A DNA stretch of 42,596 bases from Octopus bimaculoides (GCF_001194135.2 NC_069002.1:37236453-37279048), one strand, 5' to 3'. Counted from the stretch's first letter, positions 1 through 11,149 are shown. Numbers and translations are program-made. The notes: a model not told the origin generated them from the sequence alone.

Positions 1-135
1 GTGTGTCAGCAAAAGACACCAATAGAATAAGTACTAGGCTTAGAAAGATTAAATCCTGTGGTCGGTTTTTTCAACTAAAGGCGGTGCTCCAGCATGGCTG
101 CAGTCACATGACTGAAACAAGTAAAACAATAAAAA
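1..135 (+). mobile_element. 3' part of an interspersed SINE-like repeat (also at about 24940-25100 and 37720-37915)
   Basis: agtactaggct...gactaaa...ggcggtgctccagcatggc...tgactgaaacaagtaaaa recurs in the window. Confidence 0.65.
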
Positions 136-177
136 ACTATGACATTTTAATCCCAAGCAACACCAAGTATCTCTTCT

Positions 178-233
<56 letters not shown>

Positions 234-1151
234 AATCATCCTTCTTCCCTCTTTCTAGGTTATTTGCACATTACTAACTAAACCTACCTATTACTTAGAA
301 TTTCTTATCCAGCTACTCGTGTTACCAAACAACTAACAGTTTGTTTTGGATGTCTGTCAACAACTGTTGTAAAGCAGTGAAAATTTTTGAAAAAAACAAA
401 AAAAAATGGATAAGAGCTTTTATCTAACAGGCTGCTTTCTAGAAGGCAAAATCATATTAACCTTTTCCTTCATAAAACTTTGTATAGCCTCATTTGTGAA
501 ACTATAAAATTCCTAACAAGAAAAAATGTTTGCCTCAGTCCATCCGAATTATGTTAAATGTCAGTAAAATGTGTTGCTGATTAACTGATTGCTAATTTTG
601 ATACACACTAATTATGCATTTCAAATATGAATATTTAATAATATTTTTCTCTTCGTTATCCATCCCTTCTTCCATGGCATATACATACTCTTGAAGACTT
701 AACTGTGTCCTTTATACTTCATGATAGAGAATTTTTACCTTTTGAGGTCAATAAAATAAACACTGGGATTGATCTAATTGACTAACTCCCTCCCACTAAA
801 AATGCTGGCCTTGTACCAAAATTTGAATCCATTATTATTTATTAATGAATCAGATAACATTTATTTACTTTCATTTTTTTTTCTCTTGAAATTCTTTTGG
901 AATAGACTTTCCATTTTGTAAAGTAGTTTCTTGACCCATCACTGTCAAATGTATGGCTTTATGCAAAGGAAAATCATCATCATATATCTGTTTTACATGC
1001 TGGCATGAGCTGGAGGGTGTAATAGGAGCTGCCAAACTCTGACATGTTTTCTATGGCTGGTTACCCTTCCTAACACCAACTACAGAATGTACTGAGTGCT
1101 TTTTATATGATGCCAGCTCCAGTGAGGTCATCAAATATTATTTGTGTGTCT

Positions 1152-1290
1152 TAAGGCAACAAGCTAGCAGAATAATTGGCATACTGGGTGACATGCTTAC
1201 TGGCTTTTTGTCTGTCTTCACATTCTGAGTCCTAATTCCTCCAAGGTGGACTTTGCTTCTCATGTTTTTGGGTGTCGATAAACTAATTAC
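1152..1290 (+). mobile_element. tRNA-derived SINE with a Nin/Ceph-like central domain (second copy about 18370-18510)
   Basis: Both copies share gcaagctggcagaa...gtt/gtcc aa(a)t...ccaagg..gactttg..tttcat...ggg t(c/t)gataaa...tac. The domain name is from recall. Confidence 0.5.
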
Positions 1291-2240
1291 TAGCTAAGCC
1301 TTGGGATAAATGTAATCAACCCCTTCTCTTGAACTTGCTGACCTTGTGCCAAAATTTGATTTAGCAGTGATCCAGCATCTGATGGTTTTTCATCTACATT
1401 TGTATCTGCCAATATATGTGTGTGTTTGTACCTCATTTTGATATGTGGCTTGTTTACCATCATAAAAGCAATGTCATTTGTTTTTGATCTTCCATGGAAA
1501 CCTGTCCAGTTGTGGGAAAATGTTACCTCACTTGGAAACAAGTATCAGTTGGAGACTGGAAGGGCATCCTGCTGTAATAAAAAAAAATCTTCCTCAATGA
1601 ATTCTGTTTGAAGCATTGAAGGGGATGTTAAAATGATCTACAGTTCTTGTTTGGGGTTACTGCTGTCCTAAGCTTGGTCAGGTGACCTATATATATATAC
1701 ATGGTGCGGTGAATGAATTGTCTAAATTACACAAAAATGAAAGTAACACTGCCATCTCATTTTAACAGATATATTTACCAACTCTGACATGTGTACACAT
1801 GCATACATACATGCTATGTATGTGTCTGTTTTCTTACCTTGGGGCAAAATTCCTGCAACAGTAGTTGATATATATGTTAGTTGGTTAATTTATTGATTTC
1901 TCCAATCATGCTTTACATGTGTAGAAAGAGTAAAAGTGAAATAAAGAAAGTTAACACAAGAGGTGCAGGGTGAGTGTACATACAAAACTTTGTAGCAGGT
2001 AACGATAGCTTTCTGAAAAATCCATTTTTTTTTTTTTTTACTGAAATTTTGCAAAGATAGGTTTCTGACGGAGCAGATTGTGATTAAGTTGATAAAATTT
2101 GGTAAAATATGTTTATTGCAAATATACGAGAAGTTTGTTAAAGTTACATTACAATTATTGAATGCATGCTATATTTCTTGATATTACCCATGGTGACAAA
2201 AGTACACTTCCCAAGTTACCCATCATATGGTGGGCAACAC

Positions 2241-2326
2241 TAGTTATTCTATAAACAACATAGCTATCGTTGAACAAGGTAGTTATTGTCAAACAACATA
2301 GCTGTTGTCGAACAAGGTGGTTATCC
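2241..2326. repeat. 38-39 bp imperfect tandem repeat, about 2.2 copies
   Basis: tagttattctataaacaacatagctatcgttgaacaagg / tagttattgtcaaacaacatagctgttgtcgaacaagg / tggttatcc. Confidence 0.85.
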
Positions 2327-2366
2327 AGTGATTTATTTTGCTCTCTGTTGTCTTAATTTTGTGTAG

Positions 2367-2494
2367 GAAGATGTTGAAAACTTCATGAAAAATTCTGAGA
2401 ACAATGAGGCTGCTGAGTCTGTTCTGAAACGATTCGACGAGCAACATTGCAAATACAAATTCATGGATTACAACCTGAATACAAAGAAAGCTCG
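2367..2494 (+). CDS. VBP1: Prefoldin subunit 3 (VHL-binding protein 1), internal coding exon (first in window)
   Basis: tgtag|GAA...CTCG|gtaggt; translates EDVENFMKNSENNEAAESVLKRFDEQHCKYKFMDYNLNTKKAR, matching the recalled VBP1 segment EDVDSFMKQ...DEQYQKYKFMELNL. 128 nt, ends phase 2. The N-terminal exon was not found in the window. Confidence 0.95.
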
Positions 2495-2547
2495 GTAGGT
2501 TGTGTGATTTTGTTTTCTTTCCAAGAAAGCTTCTTTAGAAAACCTTT

Positions 2548-2585
2548 TTAACCCTTTAGCATTGAAACTAGCTAAAACATTCTAC
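2548..2585 (-). mobile_element. Terminal fragment of the piggyBac-like MITE family
   Basis: ttaaccctttagcattgaaactagct...attctac is the reverse complement of the 3' end of the copies at 31233-42279. Confidence 0.55.
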
Positions 2586-3335
2586 TGACCCCAAAATTAG
2601 TGGTCCCTTTTTTTTATATCAATTTTTGTAACTGTTGTTGGAACTATTGTTTGTATTGAGTTCATGTGCCTTTTCTATTCTTTCACCAACCATTCTTCAG
2701 TGAAGTAAGAGTGGGGGTATTGGGCTTCACATGTTGAAACCACTGAGCTGTGGGATATAAACAAATCTCACCACAACCCAAATGGTGTTATTACTGACAC
2801 GCATACACACATCAGACTCCATACAATTTATGTCTACCATATCTCTGACTCCCAAGGCTAGAGGTCATGATATTGTTCTACATGTCATGCAATAGGATTG
2901 AACCTGAAACCACATGGTTGTGAAATGAACTTTTTGACCACACAGCCATGCCTGTGCAAATGTTATTGACATCATAAACATAAATTTGAGGCAGAAAAGG
3001 GTCTCCCTTTTTCTGTATAACACTGTGGTTTATAATTTATATTATTATTTACATTAACATCTTATCTGTTTATCATTTGATTAGCAGAAGGTTAATTTTT
3101 ATTATAAAAATCACCTCACCATATATGACATTAGTACCTACCCTGCTAGTGCTAAGCAACTGATAAATTTTCTTGTGGTGATAAAATAATACAGTTAAAA
3201 TTGGAAACAGGTAAAGGTTGGTAGCATGAAGGGTATCCAAGCATAGAAAATCTGGCTCAATAAACTCCAATCATTACAAAGTATGGAAAAAGTTGATGTT
3301 AAAATGATGATGGTTTAACTTATTTATTTTTTCAG

Positions 3336-3402
3336 GTTGAAGACTCAAATACCAGACATAAAAACGTGCCTCGATATTGTTAAGCATTTACAATCAATAA
3401 AG
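3336..3402 (+). CDS. VBP1: Prefoldin subunit 3 coding exon
   Basis: ttcag|G TTG AAG...ATA AAG|gttggt; (R)LKTQIPDIKTCLDIVKHLQSIK; 67 nt, phase-compatible with both neighbours. Confidence 0.93.
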
Positions 3403-3628
3403 GTTGGTCTATTCTTTAATTCTTCTACTTGTTTCAGGCACCATGCTGAAGGATTTTTATTCAAATGAATTGACCCCAGTACTTATTTTGCTTTTTTTTT
3501 TTTTTAAGCCTGGTACTTATTCTATCCGATCCATTTTGTTTGTTGAACTGCTAAGTTATGGGGGCATAAACACACCAACAACAGTTGTCAAGCGGTGATG
3601 GGAGGGGACACATGACAAGCTTCTTTTT

Positions 3629-3776
3629 GTTTCCATCTACCACATCCAGTCACAAGGCTTTGGTCAGCCTAAGGCATAGTAGGAGACATTTGCCCAAGGT
3701 GCCACACAGTAGGACTGAACCTAGAACGATATGGTTGGGAAGCAAGCTTCTTATCACACAGCCACACCTGTGCCTA
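3629..3776 (-). mobile_element. tRNA-derived CORE-like SINE (OR-type; abundant family)
   Basis: Reverse complement has an A/B-box-like head (ggctgtgtg...ggttcagtcc) followed by gcaccttgggcaa. Related copies at about 2830-2957(-), 3897-3981(+), 6335-6475(-), 26532-26655(-), 31790-31920(+), 33201-33390(+), 35010-35185(+), 37351-37480(+), 37490-37645(+). Confidence 0.75.
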
Positions 3777-3981
3777 TTTTTCCTTTATAAAAACAGGATT
3801 GAAGACTAATTAATATCCCTCTCCCTTGTTTTAATCATTATTATCCTTGATTTTTAAACATATCTGTTCAAATCCTAGGATTTTTGAATAGACATACAGG
3901 TGCAGGCATGGTTACTCACCAATCACATAGTTCGAGGTTCTGTCCCACTGCATGACACCTTGTACAAGAATCTTGTGAGTG

Positions 3982-4483
3982 CCAGTTTGTTTCAGTTGGT
4001 CCAATACAGTTGGAATCGAAACCTCAAACCTTGTTGCTAACTCACGTGTAGTTTGAGATGTATCTGCTTCCACTACTGTTTCCAGCTCATCATTATCCAC
4101 CTTGGTCTCAGGTTTACCATGGGACTGATTTTCAAGAGTAAAGTCACCAGAACTTCTCAAACCATCAACGTACAGCGCACTCATTTGCCACATCTTCACC
4201 AAACACCTCATTGATGTTTCGAGGTCTCTGAGATGCATTGGTTCCATGACAGAACTTGAATTCATAAGCAACACAAATTTTTGATCTATCCATGGGTTCA
4301 CAAAAATTGATTTACAAGAGAAACTCACAATATAATCAGACACCATGAATTGCATTTCAAAAAGTGATGATGTAACTCTTCAATGTTGTAAAACAAAGAA
4401 TTGTCAGGATAAAACATTAGAGTTAATGACTGTCAAACTTGGTGCATAAGATAATCAGACTTTTCATTCTTAATGACCTGATA
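3982..4483 (-). mobile_element. Mariner transposon 5' fragment (left TIR plus decayed N-terminal HTH region)
   Basis: TA-TCAGGTCATTA terminus at about 4483; ATG at 4293; across frameshifts reads MDRSKI...GTNAS...NINEVFGEDVANE..VR*WFEKF.SGDFTLEN...PETKVDNDELETVVEADTSQTTRELA..F.VS..TVLDQLKQTG, the mariner HTH region; truncated before the DD34D domain. Confidence 0.85.
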
Positions 4484-4660
4484 TATATACAGAAGAAAAA
4501 ATGGGATGAAAAAATCCTGGCAGATATCAATTAAGCACTCAGAACAAAGGAAAAAGGTCAAATTTCCAACAATCAGTAAATGTAAGTAGAATACAAATCC
4601 CAGCAGACAATTGGCGTCATATTTTTCGTTTACTTTATTTTTATTGGAACGCTACCGTTG

Positions 4661-4751
4661 AGGGAAGAAGAGGGTATACCGAGTGAATAAAGCAGACTGA
4701 CTTCATCAAGGGAAGAGGAGGGTATACCGAGAGTGAATAAAGCGGACTGAC
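4661..4751. repeat. About 48-bp-period tandem duplication
   Basis: agggaagaagagggtataccgagtgaataaagcagactgac and agggaagaggagggtataccgagagtgaataaagcggactgac. Confidence 0.85.
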
Positions 4752-4929
4752 AAAAACAAATTTTATTTATATAGAAGAAGAAGAAGACAACATAAACAGT
4801 TTGTAATTTAATAGCTTTTAATGTGATACCTGTTAAACAGAAATTATTTTTATTTAATGAAAATTTAATAAAATCTAATCATAAATAAGTGAAATTATAC
4901 TAAATACAACTAAATTGAAAACCTCTTCC

Positions 4930-5056
4930 CCCTGGCCATATTGGCAATTCTGAAAACTTTTGGGTGCGAATTTTACATGAGTATAAGCTTTTTTGTAACC
5001 GTTTTTATCCTGAAAATCACCTGCGTAAATTACACAGGTGCGCAAATTACACCCCT
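4930..5056 (+). mobile_element. Probable Tc2/pogo-like DNA transposon 3' subterminal remnant
   Basis: Repeated gtgcg/ctgcg...aattacac motifs (gggtgcgaattttacatgagtata; cctgcgtaaattacacaggtgcgcaaattacac) resemble such subterminal repeats; the terminal TIR is missing. Confidence 0.3.
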
Positions 5057-5659
5057 AGACTATGAATAGAGGCACTACAGCAGATGCCCAGTGGGAGGCC
5101 AATGTGAGACGAAGGAAGTCGTTTATGAGGCTGAGGCTTTCCCAACTACTACTACTACTACAACAGTTGCAGGAATGGTGGTATTAATGACCATGTCAGC
5201 AACTCTGACAGAAATAGCAGCAGCAGCAGCATCACTAACAATAATCCTAGTAATGATGACGATAATAACAGCAGCAGCAGCCGCCACCAATATGATGCCA
5301 GCTCCAACAGCAATGATGATGGCTATAGCAGCACCGACACTGGCCACAGATTCTGTCCCCTCTGCCATCAGCAGCAGTAGTATATGAAGATACATCGGAT
5401 GTTCCGGAACCACCTTCGAGCAGCACCTCTCCAACCACTGATCCTTACTCAGGGTTCTGGAGAGTTGATATGCCACGTTCTTGGCCAGCCATGTGTGGTA
5501 CCTGAAGGACAAAGGGACTCCACAAGTAGTCTTATAGAAGATCCTAGAAAAACCAGGCTCCTACATCCACAGGAGCAAGCTGTGCATAGCTGAACGGGTG
5601 AGAATATTAAAGAAATCCCTCAACCCAAGGAACATCTTCAATTCTAGGACAGAAGTCTT

Positions 5660-5990
5660 TAGACTCCTTGGTCCTTGCATTGCTGAACATTGGCAAACTT
5701 CTGCTTCTCCTTTGGCTATACACACCTGTCTCCCAGCCTCCCTTCTGGCTATCTGGTACCGCCACTCTTCCAGGTTTTCCAGGCCCATTTCTTTGCTCTA
5801 ATGGCTCTGTCTACAGTATTATTCTACCACCATGTTACCCTAGGTCTGGAAGTGACTTTGAACCAGCTGCAGATTTGGTCTGTGGTGCTCAGTAAGCTGT
5901 CACATAGGAATATCCAGTTACCCTCTATGTCACAAGTCTGTAGCTCCTCCTCCCTCACATTAAATTTCTCAATGAGGACGTCCCTAAAAT
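5660..5990 (-). mobile_element. RTE-clade LINE ORF fragment (endonuclease-RT linker)
   Basis: FRDVLIEKF...NWIFLCDSLLSTTDQICSWFKV.SRPRVTWW*NTVDRAIRAKKWAWKTWKSGG..YQIARREAGRQVCIAKGEAE; overlaps in homology with the 5' end of the copy at 10014. Confidence 0.75.
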
Positions 5991-6599
5991 ATATATATAT
6001 ATATATATATATATAAAGAGGATTGGATGCCAGTACCTTGGGCAAGTAACTTTGACTATATCCCTGAGCTGACCAGTGCCTTGTAAGGGAATTTAGCAAA
6101 CACTGAGAAAAAGGCCATTATGCTCACACATGTTCCATTCTGTGAAGGGATCTTGTCTTGTGACCCCACTAGTACTATGACCACAAAAAGAGCACCCAAT
6201 AAATACATTGTGTAAAGTGGTTGACATTAGGAAGCATCATCAAAGCAGGGCACCAACACCATCCTGAGGCTGACCAGATTCTGTTGAACTGTCCAACCTA
6301 TGCTAGCACGGAACAGACATTAAATGGTGGTGGTGTGTGTGTATGATGGGCTTCTTTCCGTTTCTCCTAACAAACTCCCTCAAAGTTTTGGTTCACACTA
6401 GTAGGATATCCTTGTCCAAGGTATTGCACAGCAGGACTGAATCCAAGGCCGTATAGTTGAAAAACAAATTGCTTAATTATTTCAAACTGATCTGCTGGTG
6501 TGGTTCTTTTCATTAAGTATACTTTAATTTCACTGAAATTTCACATTAAATGCTATCTTGTCCTCCATTCATTTATTCCATTATTTCTGTTATTTCCAG

Positions 6600-6698
6600 G
6601 ATTCCAAAGAGCCATTTGAAACCCAATTCTTATTGTCTGACTTGTTATATGCAAAGGCTAAAATCCCACCAACAGATAAAGTGTGCCTTTGGCTTGGG
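6600..6698 (+). CDS. VBP1: Prefoldin subunit 3 coding exon
   Basis: ttccag|GAT...GGG|gtaaat; DSKEPFETQFLLSDLLYAKAKIPPTDKVCLWLG with the PPTDKVCLWLG signature; 99 nt. Confidence 0.96.
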
Positions 6699-7638
6699 GT
6701 AAATATCTTCTAGTATTTCACACTATGTTTTAATTAGAGCACCAATTTTTTTCTTTTTTTTACCATTATATTCTTTCACATGTGTAAAGATGTTTTTTAT
6801 ACTTGAAATAATATAGCTTTCTGCTAGAACATACCATCAAGGCATGTACTGGTAGACTTTTCCTTGATCCACATCTGTCAATCCTTCAATGCCATAAGGT
6901 TCTGTTTTGCCCCCCATGCACCTATTTCTCATTAACTCCAACAGTGCCCATCCCTAAATCAAATACACAAAAACATCTCCAAGCTTCTAGACATGTTGTG
7001 TGGTCTTTTTAAACAAAGGGCTCATTTACATAAAGTCCTTTGTTTCCAGTTCTCCAGGCTGTCTGCTACTCAGTTGACAAAGGGATTGTTTACCCCTCAT
7101 GGAAACGAGGGGCGGTTGGCAACAGGTAGGGTATCTGGCCATACAAACTTTTCTCCATCACTCTCGTCTGACATATACAAGAATGGGAAAGTAGACATTA
7201 AAATGAGGATGAGTCCATCACACATTATTCCATGAAAGACAATGTGTCCTCTACATGCTTAGAGTTAATATTTTTCTTGAAACTTTAATAGCATTGTAAA
7301 AGAAAACTGTTATATAATTTGCTGGTATGCCATTGGTTACGTCAACAAGAGTTCCAGTTGATCTGATCCACAGAACAGACTACCTGTGACGTTAACCTGC
7401 AAAAGTTCTTGATTTAAAGTGATCTAAATTAAAACTTCCATCAAAATTTCCTGTTAATTTCTATTTGAAACACCAGATATGATATTTTTTTTTTATTTGC
7501 AAAACTGATTGGATCAAATGACAGTATATTTCAAGAGAAATATGATGAATAAAAAAAATTAATTTTGTTCTCCATTGTATATCTTTGCAGCAACATCTTT
7601 CTTGTTTCCCGCTCATGCTTGGTCTTTTCCCTTTGCAG

Positions 7639-7777
7639 GCTAATGTAATGCTGGAGTATAGTCTGGATGATGCACAAGCCTTGTTGGAGAAGAATTTGTC
7701 TATGGCAAATAATAGCTTGAATCAACTTGAAGAAGACCTTAGCTTTTTAAGAGACCAGATCACCACCCTAGAAGTTA
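7639..7777 (+). CDS. VBP1: Prefoldin subunit 3 coding exon
   Basis: ttgcag|GCT...GTT A|gtatccttt; ANVMLEYSLDDAQALLEKNLSMANNSLNQLEEDLSFLRDQITTLEV; 139 nt, phase 1. Confidence 0.96.
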
Positions 7778-8346
7778 GTATCCTTTACCACGAGAATCAT
7801 AAAATATGGTCCCATAATTTCAATTTACTTCTTTTTTTTGTTTGTTTCATTTAGATATCAGTTTAATTTTATGAAATCCTAAGCTCAACAGAGCCAGTAT
7901 CTTAACTCTGGCCCCTAACCAAATGCCTCTGAAGCCAACATTGTCTTTCAGAGAAGACCCACCCCCACCACAACAAAATTGAGGTCTTAAAACCAAGGTC
8001 CCACGTAGAGGCATTGGTGTGGGTGCTGGTGCCATGCTAAAAGTGCCCAGAATACTCTATGGGGTGATTGGTATTAGGAAGAGCATCCAGCTGTAGAAGC
8101 CAAACCAAAACAGACTATGGGATCTGGTGTAGCCCCTGGTCTTGCCAGTTCCTGTCAAGCCATCCAACCCATGCCAGCATGGAAAACAGGTGTTAAATGA
8201 TGATTGTAGTGATGGTTATCATTGATAAACGTTGTTTATTATTCCATGTAAAATATTTCCAGTTGATACGTTTTTGATTTTGAGTTGTATTTAAATCTAT
8301 GAATTGCTTCTTTCCTGTGTTTTTTTCCTTACAAAGTACTTTACAG
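7778..8346 (+). other. VBP1: U12-type (minor spliceosome) GT-AG intron of VBP1
   Basis: 5' splice site GTATCCTTT matches the U12 consensus; branch-like TTCCTTAC at 8325-8332 with the A 15 nt before the terminal G; no polypyrimidine tract between branch site and AG. Confidence 0.85.
8030..8205 (+). mobile_element. SINE or RTE-derived 3' tail repeat ending in (ATG)n-like tail
   Basis: ttaggaag.gcatccagctgtagaa...ccaacccatgccagcatggaaaac.g..gttaaatgatgat. Related copies at about 980-1110(-), 3195-3312(+), 6170-6330(+), 7095-7215(+), 30325-30475(+), 38060-38175(+), 39943-40100(-). Confidence 0.7.
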
Positions 8347-8411
8347 ATATGGCTCGTGTTTATAATTGGGATGTAAAAAGACGACAAAGTAACAAAGAGA
8401 TAAAGACTTAA
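8347..8411 (+). CDS. VBP1: Prefoldin subunit 3 terminal coding exon
   Basis: ttacag|AT ATG GCT CGT...ACT TAA; (N)MARVYNWDVKRRQSNKEIKT*, containing the conserved MARVYNWDV motif. Confidence 0.96.
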
Positions 8412-8760
8412 TATCAGACACAGTGTTTCTAATGTGTTTTGATTTTGCTTTTGTTTTCAAGCCTGTCTTCTCTTTCCTCCTCTCAATGTGTTTTCTTGTA
8501 CTGATAAGTGATAAGGTCCCCTCAGAAATGTTGAAAGCTCGAAATGTTTAACAAGTGACATAAATATATACATACATACATGCATGCATACATACATACA
8601 CATCATAATGATAAAGGCTTTTGGAATGAAAATATTGAGTCTGATGGATTGACCCTTTGAAATATCGCAGGTGAAAAAACTCACTGGCAAAGTCATTTTT
8701 GTCTATTTAAGCGCCACATATGGAAATATCAATGTGTAGATGGAATGTTAGACATAAATG

Positions 8761-8774
8761 AATAAATAAATAAA
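8761..8774 (+). terminator. Candidate VBP1 polyadenylation signals (overlapping AATAAA)
   Basis: aataaataaataaa about 350 nt after the stop, followed by a GT/T-rich tract. Not proven without transcripts. Confidence 0.45.
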
Positions 8775-8939
8775 TATCTTGTGATAATGTGTTGCTTTTT
8801 TCAATAATTTTCTTTTTTTACAGTTAAAAATGAATTAAAACTTTACACTTTAAAAAGATGAAAAGAAAAGAAAAATGGGTGAGGACAAAGCAGCCGAAGA
8901 TGGAAGGGGAGGGGCAATGGCCCACATATCCCAGAACAA

Positions 8940-9365
8940 GAGGGGCACTCATCTGTTCACTGTGGTAATGACCACAATGGCCTTGCTACAGAGAATAGCC
9001 AACGAAATTCGCTGTGGCCATTCCACCTCACGGGGTTCATTTCTCCAATGGGCTGATGCTATCCCTATTTTGCAGAGGAAATCAGTGGTACAGGGTCCCA
9101 GAACACCTGACATCTCAACAGCAACTGGCACAAATTGATAGCAGCCAACCAGGTTCCTGCGATTATTGGTTTTTCTCTCCACCAAAGTTTGCAACAGATG
9201 CCACAGGGTTGGAACCAGAGAATGTGTCAATGCATGCCGTGTTCCAGATTAGGGATCTGCATCTCTGAAATGGGAAGAGGATTATCCCATCAGAGTGCTT
9301 ACCATTCCTGTGATTGAGACAGGAAACCAACTGGATCAAGGCCCCTTCTGATTATGTTGTTTCGA
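8940..9365 (-). mobile_element. CRE-like non-LTR retrotransposon 3' fragment (restriction-like endonuclease domain)
   Basis: Decayed translation: NNIIRRGL...GKHSDGIILFPFQRCRSLIWNTACIDTF...YQFVPVAVEMSGVLGP...FLCKIG...QRISLAI; matches the RPDG..FPW..G..L.WD.TC.DT and FVP.AVET.G..G...QR.S.A motifs of CRE-clade RLE domains. Confidence 0.75.
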
Positions 9366-10013
9366 AATTGGTGGCAGTGAAAGCTGAAGAGAGATTACAG
9401 CTCTCATGTGTCAATTCACTTCTCCAAATTTTCTTGAAAGGAAAAACAGTATGCATGTCAGATTTATTTCTCAATTCTGTAGATGGGGATGTTAATCGGT
9501 GATGTGGTTTTGTACTTTTTGTCGCATATAATGTGTGTGTGTGTGTGTGTGTGTGTAAATATTTGCAAGATCCAACAGAGTCAAAGTATTTTAATAATAA
9601 GGATACTAAAATAGGATCGAGAACAGCATATCTGTGTATCAACAGTATATGTGGACACTGACATACACACTAATGTATATACAGACTTGCCCTATCGCTT
9701 ACATATACATACACATAGACAGATCAGTATACTTTTACATGGACAGTACTCATATATATATGTAACATTACACACAGGTATACTTTGGCATACAGTCCAT
9801 GGTCCACTGTAAATTCCAGATCCAAGCAACTTTTCAAACTTGGAGATAAATGCCATACTTTATAAATATGCCAAGTTAAAATATCGTAAAAGCATGAAAC
9901 TATTAGTAGCCTTTTCAGTTGTGTATTAAATTGATATTTATCTTTCACTGGATGGAGTACTTCTCTGCTGATTCTACCTATATTGGAACTGTATTGCCAA
10001 AAGGGCTGCTAGG

Positions 10014-11141
10014 TGTCAGGTATAGCAAAAGAAATAGCTGGAGGTAAGGGATTTACAAATGTCCTACAACGTGAGGATGAGATGTGTTCTGGATTGCAAA
10101 GCAGTGTATCAGAGAGAATAGAGATGTGGTGAGTGAGAAATGTGTGCGAATGGATATTGGTATGTTTGCACTTAGTGACTCAGAGAAGAAAGATGCATGG
10201 AAGTGTCACTATGAAAGGTTACTAAATGTGGAAAAGGAATGGGAGAAGGAGAGTTTACCAAATACCAAACCAATTGAAGGATCAGCCATCAGAGTTGATA
10301 GCAGCACAATAGATAAGGACATGAAGACAGGGAAAGCCCCTGGGCCATCAAGATTAACTGCCGAGATAATTAAAACTTCCAGTGGCATAGGATAGAGCTT
10401 AGTCACCTGTTTAGTTAATCAGGTTATTCAGGAAGGTACCATCCCTGACATCTGGTGTAGTGGCATTATAGTTAGCTGCTACAAGGGTAAAGGTGATGCC
10501 TTAGATAGAAATAACTACAGAGGTATTAAACTGCTGGACCAAGTCATGAAAGTTACTGAGAGGGTTACAGCTCAACTGTTTAGAAGCAGAATTAAACTAG
10601 ATCAGATGCAGTTTGGTTTTGTACCTGGGAAGAGTACCACAAATGCCATCTTCATAGTGAGACAGATGCAGGAAAAGTACTTGGCTAAAAGTAAGCCACT
10701 GTACTTAGCCTTTGTCAACCTGGAGAAAGCTTTCAACAGAGTCCTCCACTTTGTTATATGGTTGTCTCTAAGGAAGTTAGGAGTAGCTTGTTAGAGCTGT
10801 CCAAGCCATGTACAGTGGTGCTGTCAGTAGGGTGAGAGTCGGCCATGAGTACAGTGATGAATTTAGTATTCAGGTAGGGACATAAGTTGGACATAAGAGG
10901 AATCAAATTTAGCATACAAGAGAAAAGACTACATTGGTTTGGACATGTGAGCAGCTGCATAAAGAAGTGCCGATCACTGAAAATGGATGGTACCAGTGGA
11001 AGAAGGAGACCCAGGAAGATATGGGATGAAGTGGTGAGGACCAGTCTCAGGAAGTTGGGCCTCATGGAGGAAATGACAACGGACCAAGATGTCTGGCAAT
11101 ATAAAGTTCCTGAGAAAACCCACCCACATCAGCAAAACTGA
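10014..11141 (+). mobile_element. RTE-clade LINE, 5'-truncated and internally deleted
   Basis: RENRDVV.EKCVR...AWKCHYERLLNVE...GKAPGPS; MQFGFVPGKSTTNAIFIVRQMQEKY...LAFVNLEKAFNRV; jumps at about 10880 to DIRGI...RLHWFGHV...GRRRPRKIWDEVV. Contains stops and frameshifts. Confidence 0.9.
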
Positions 11142-11149
11142 GTTCTAGA

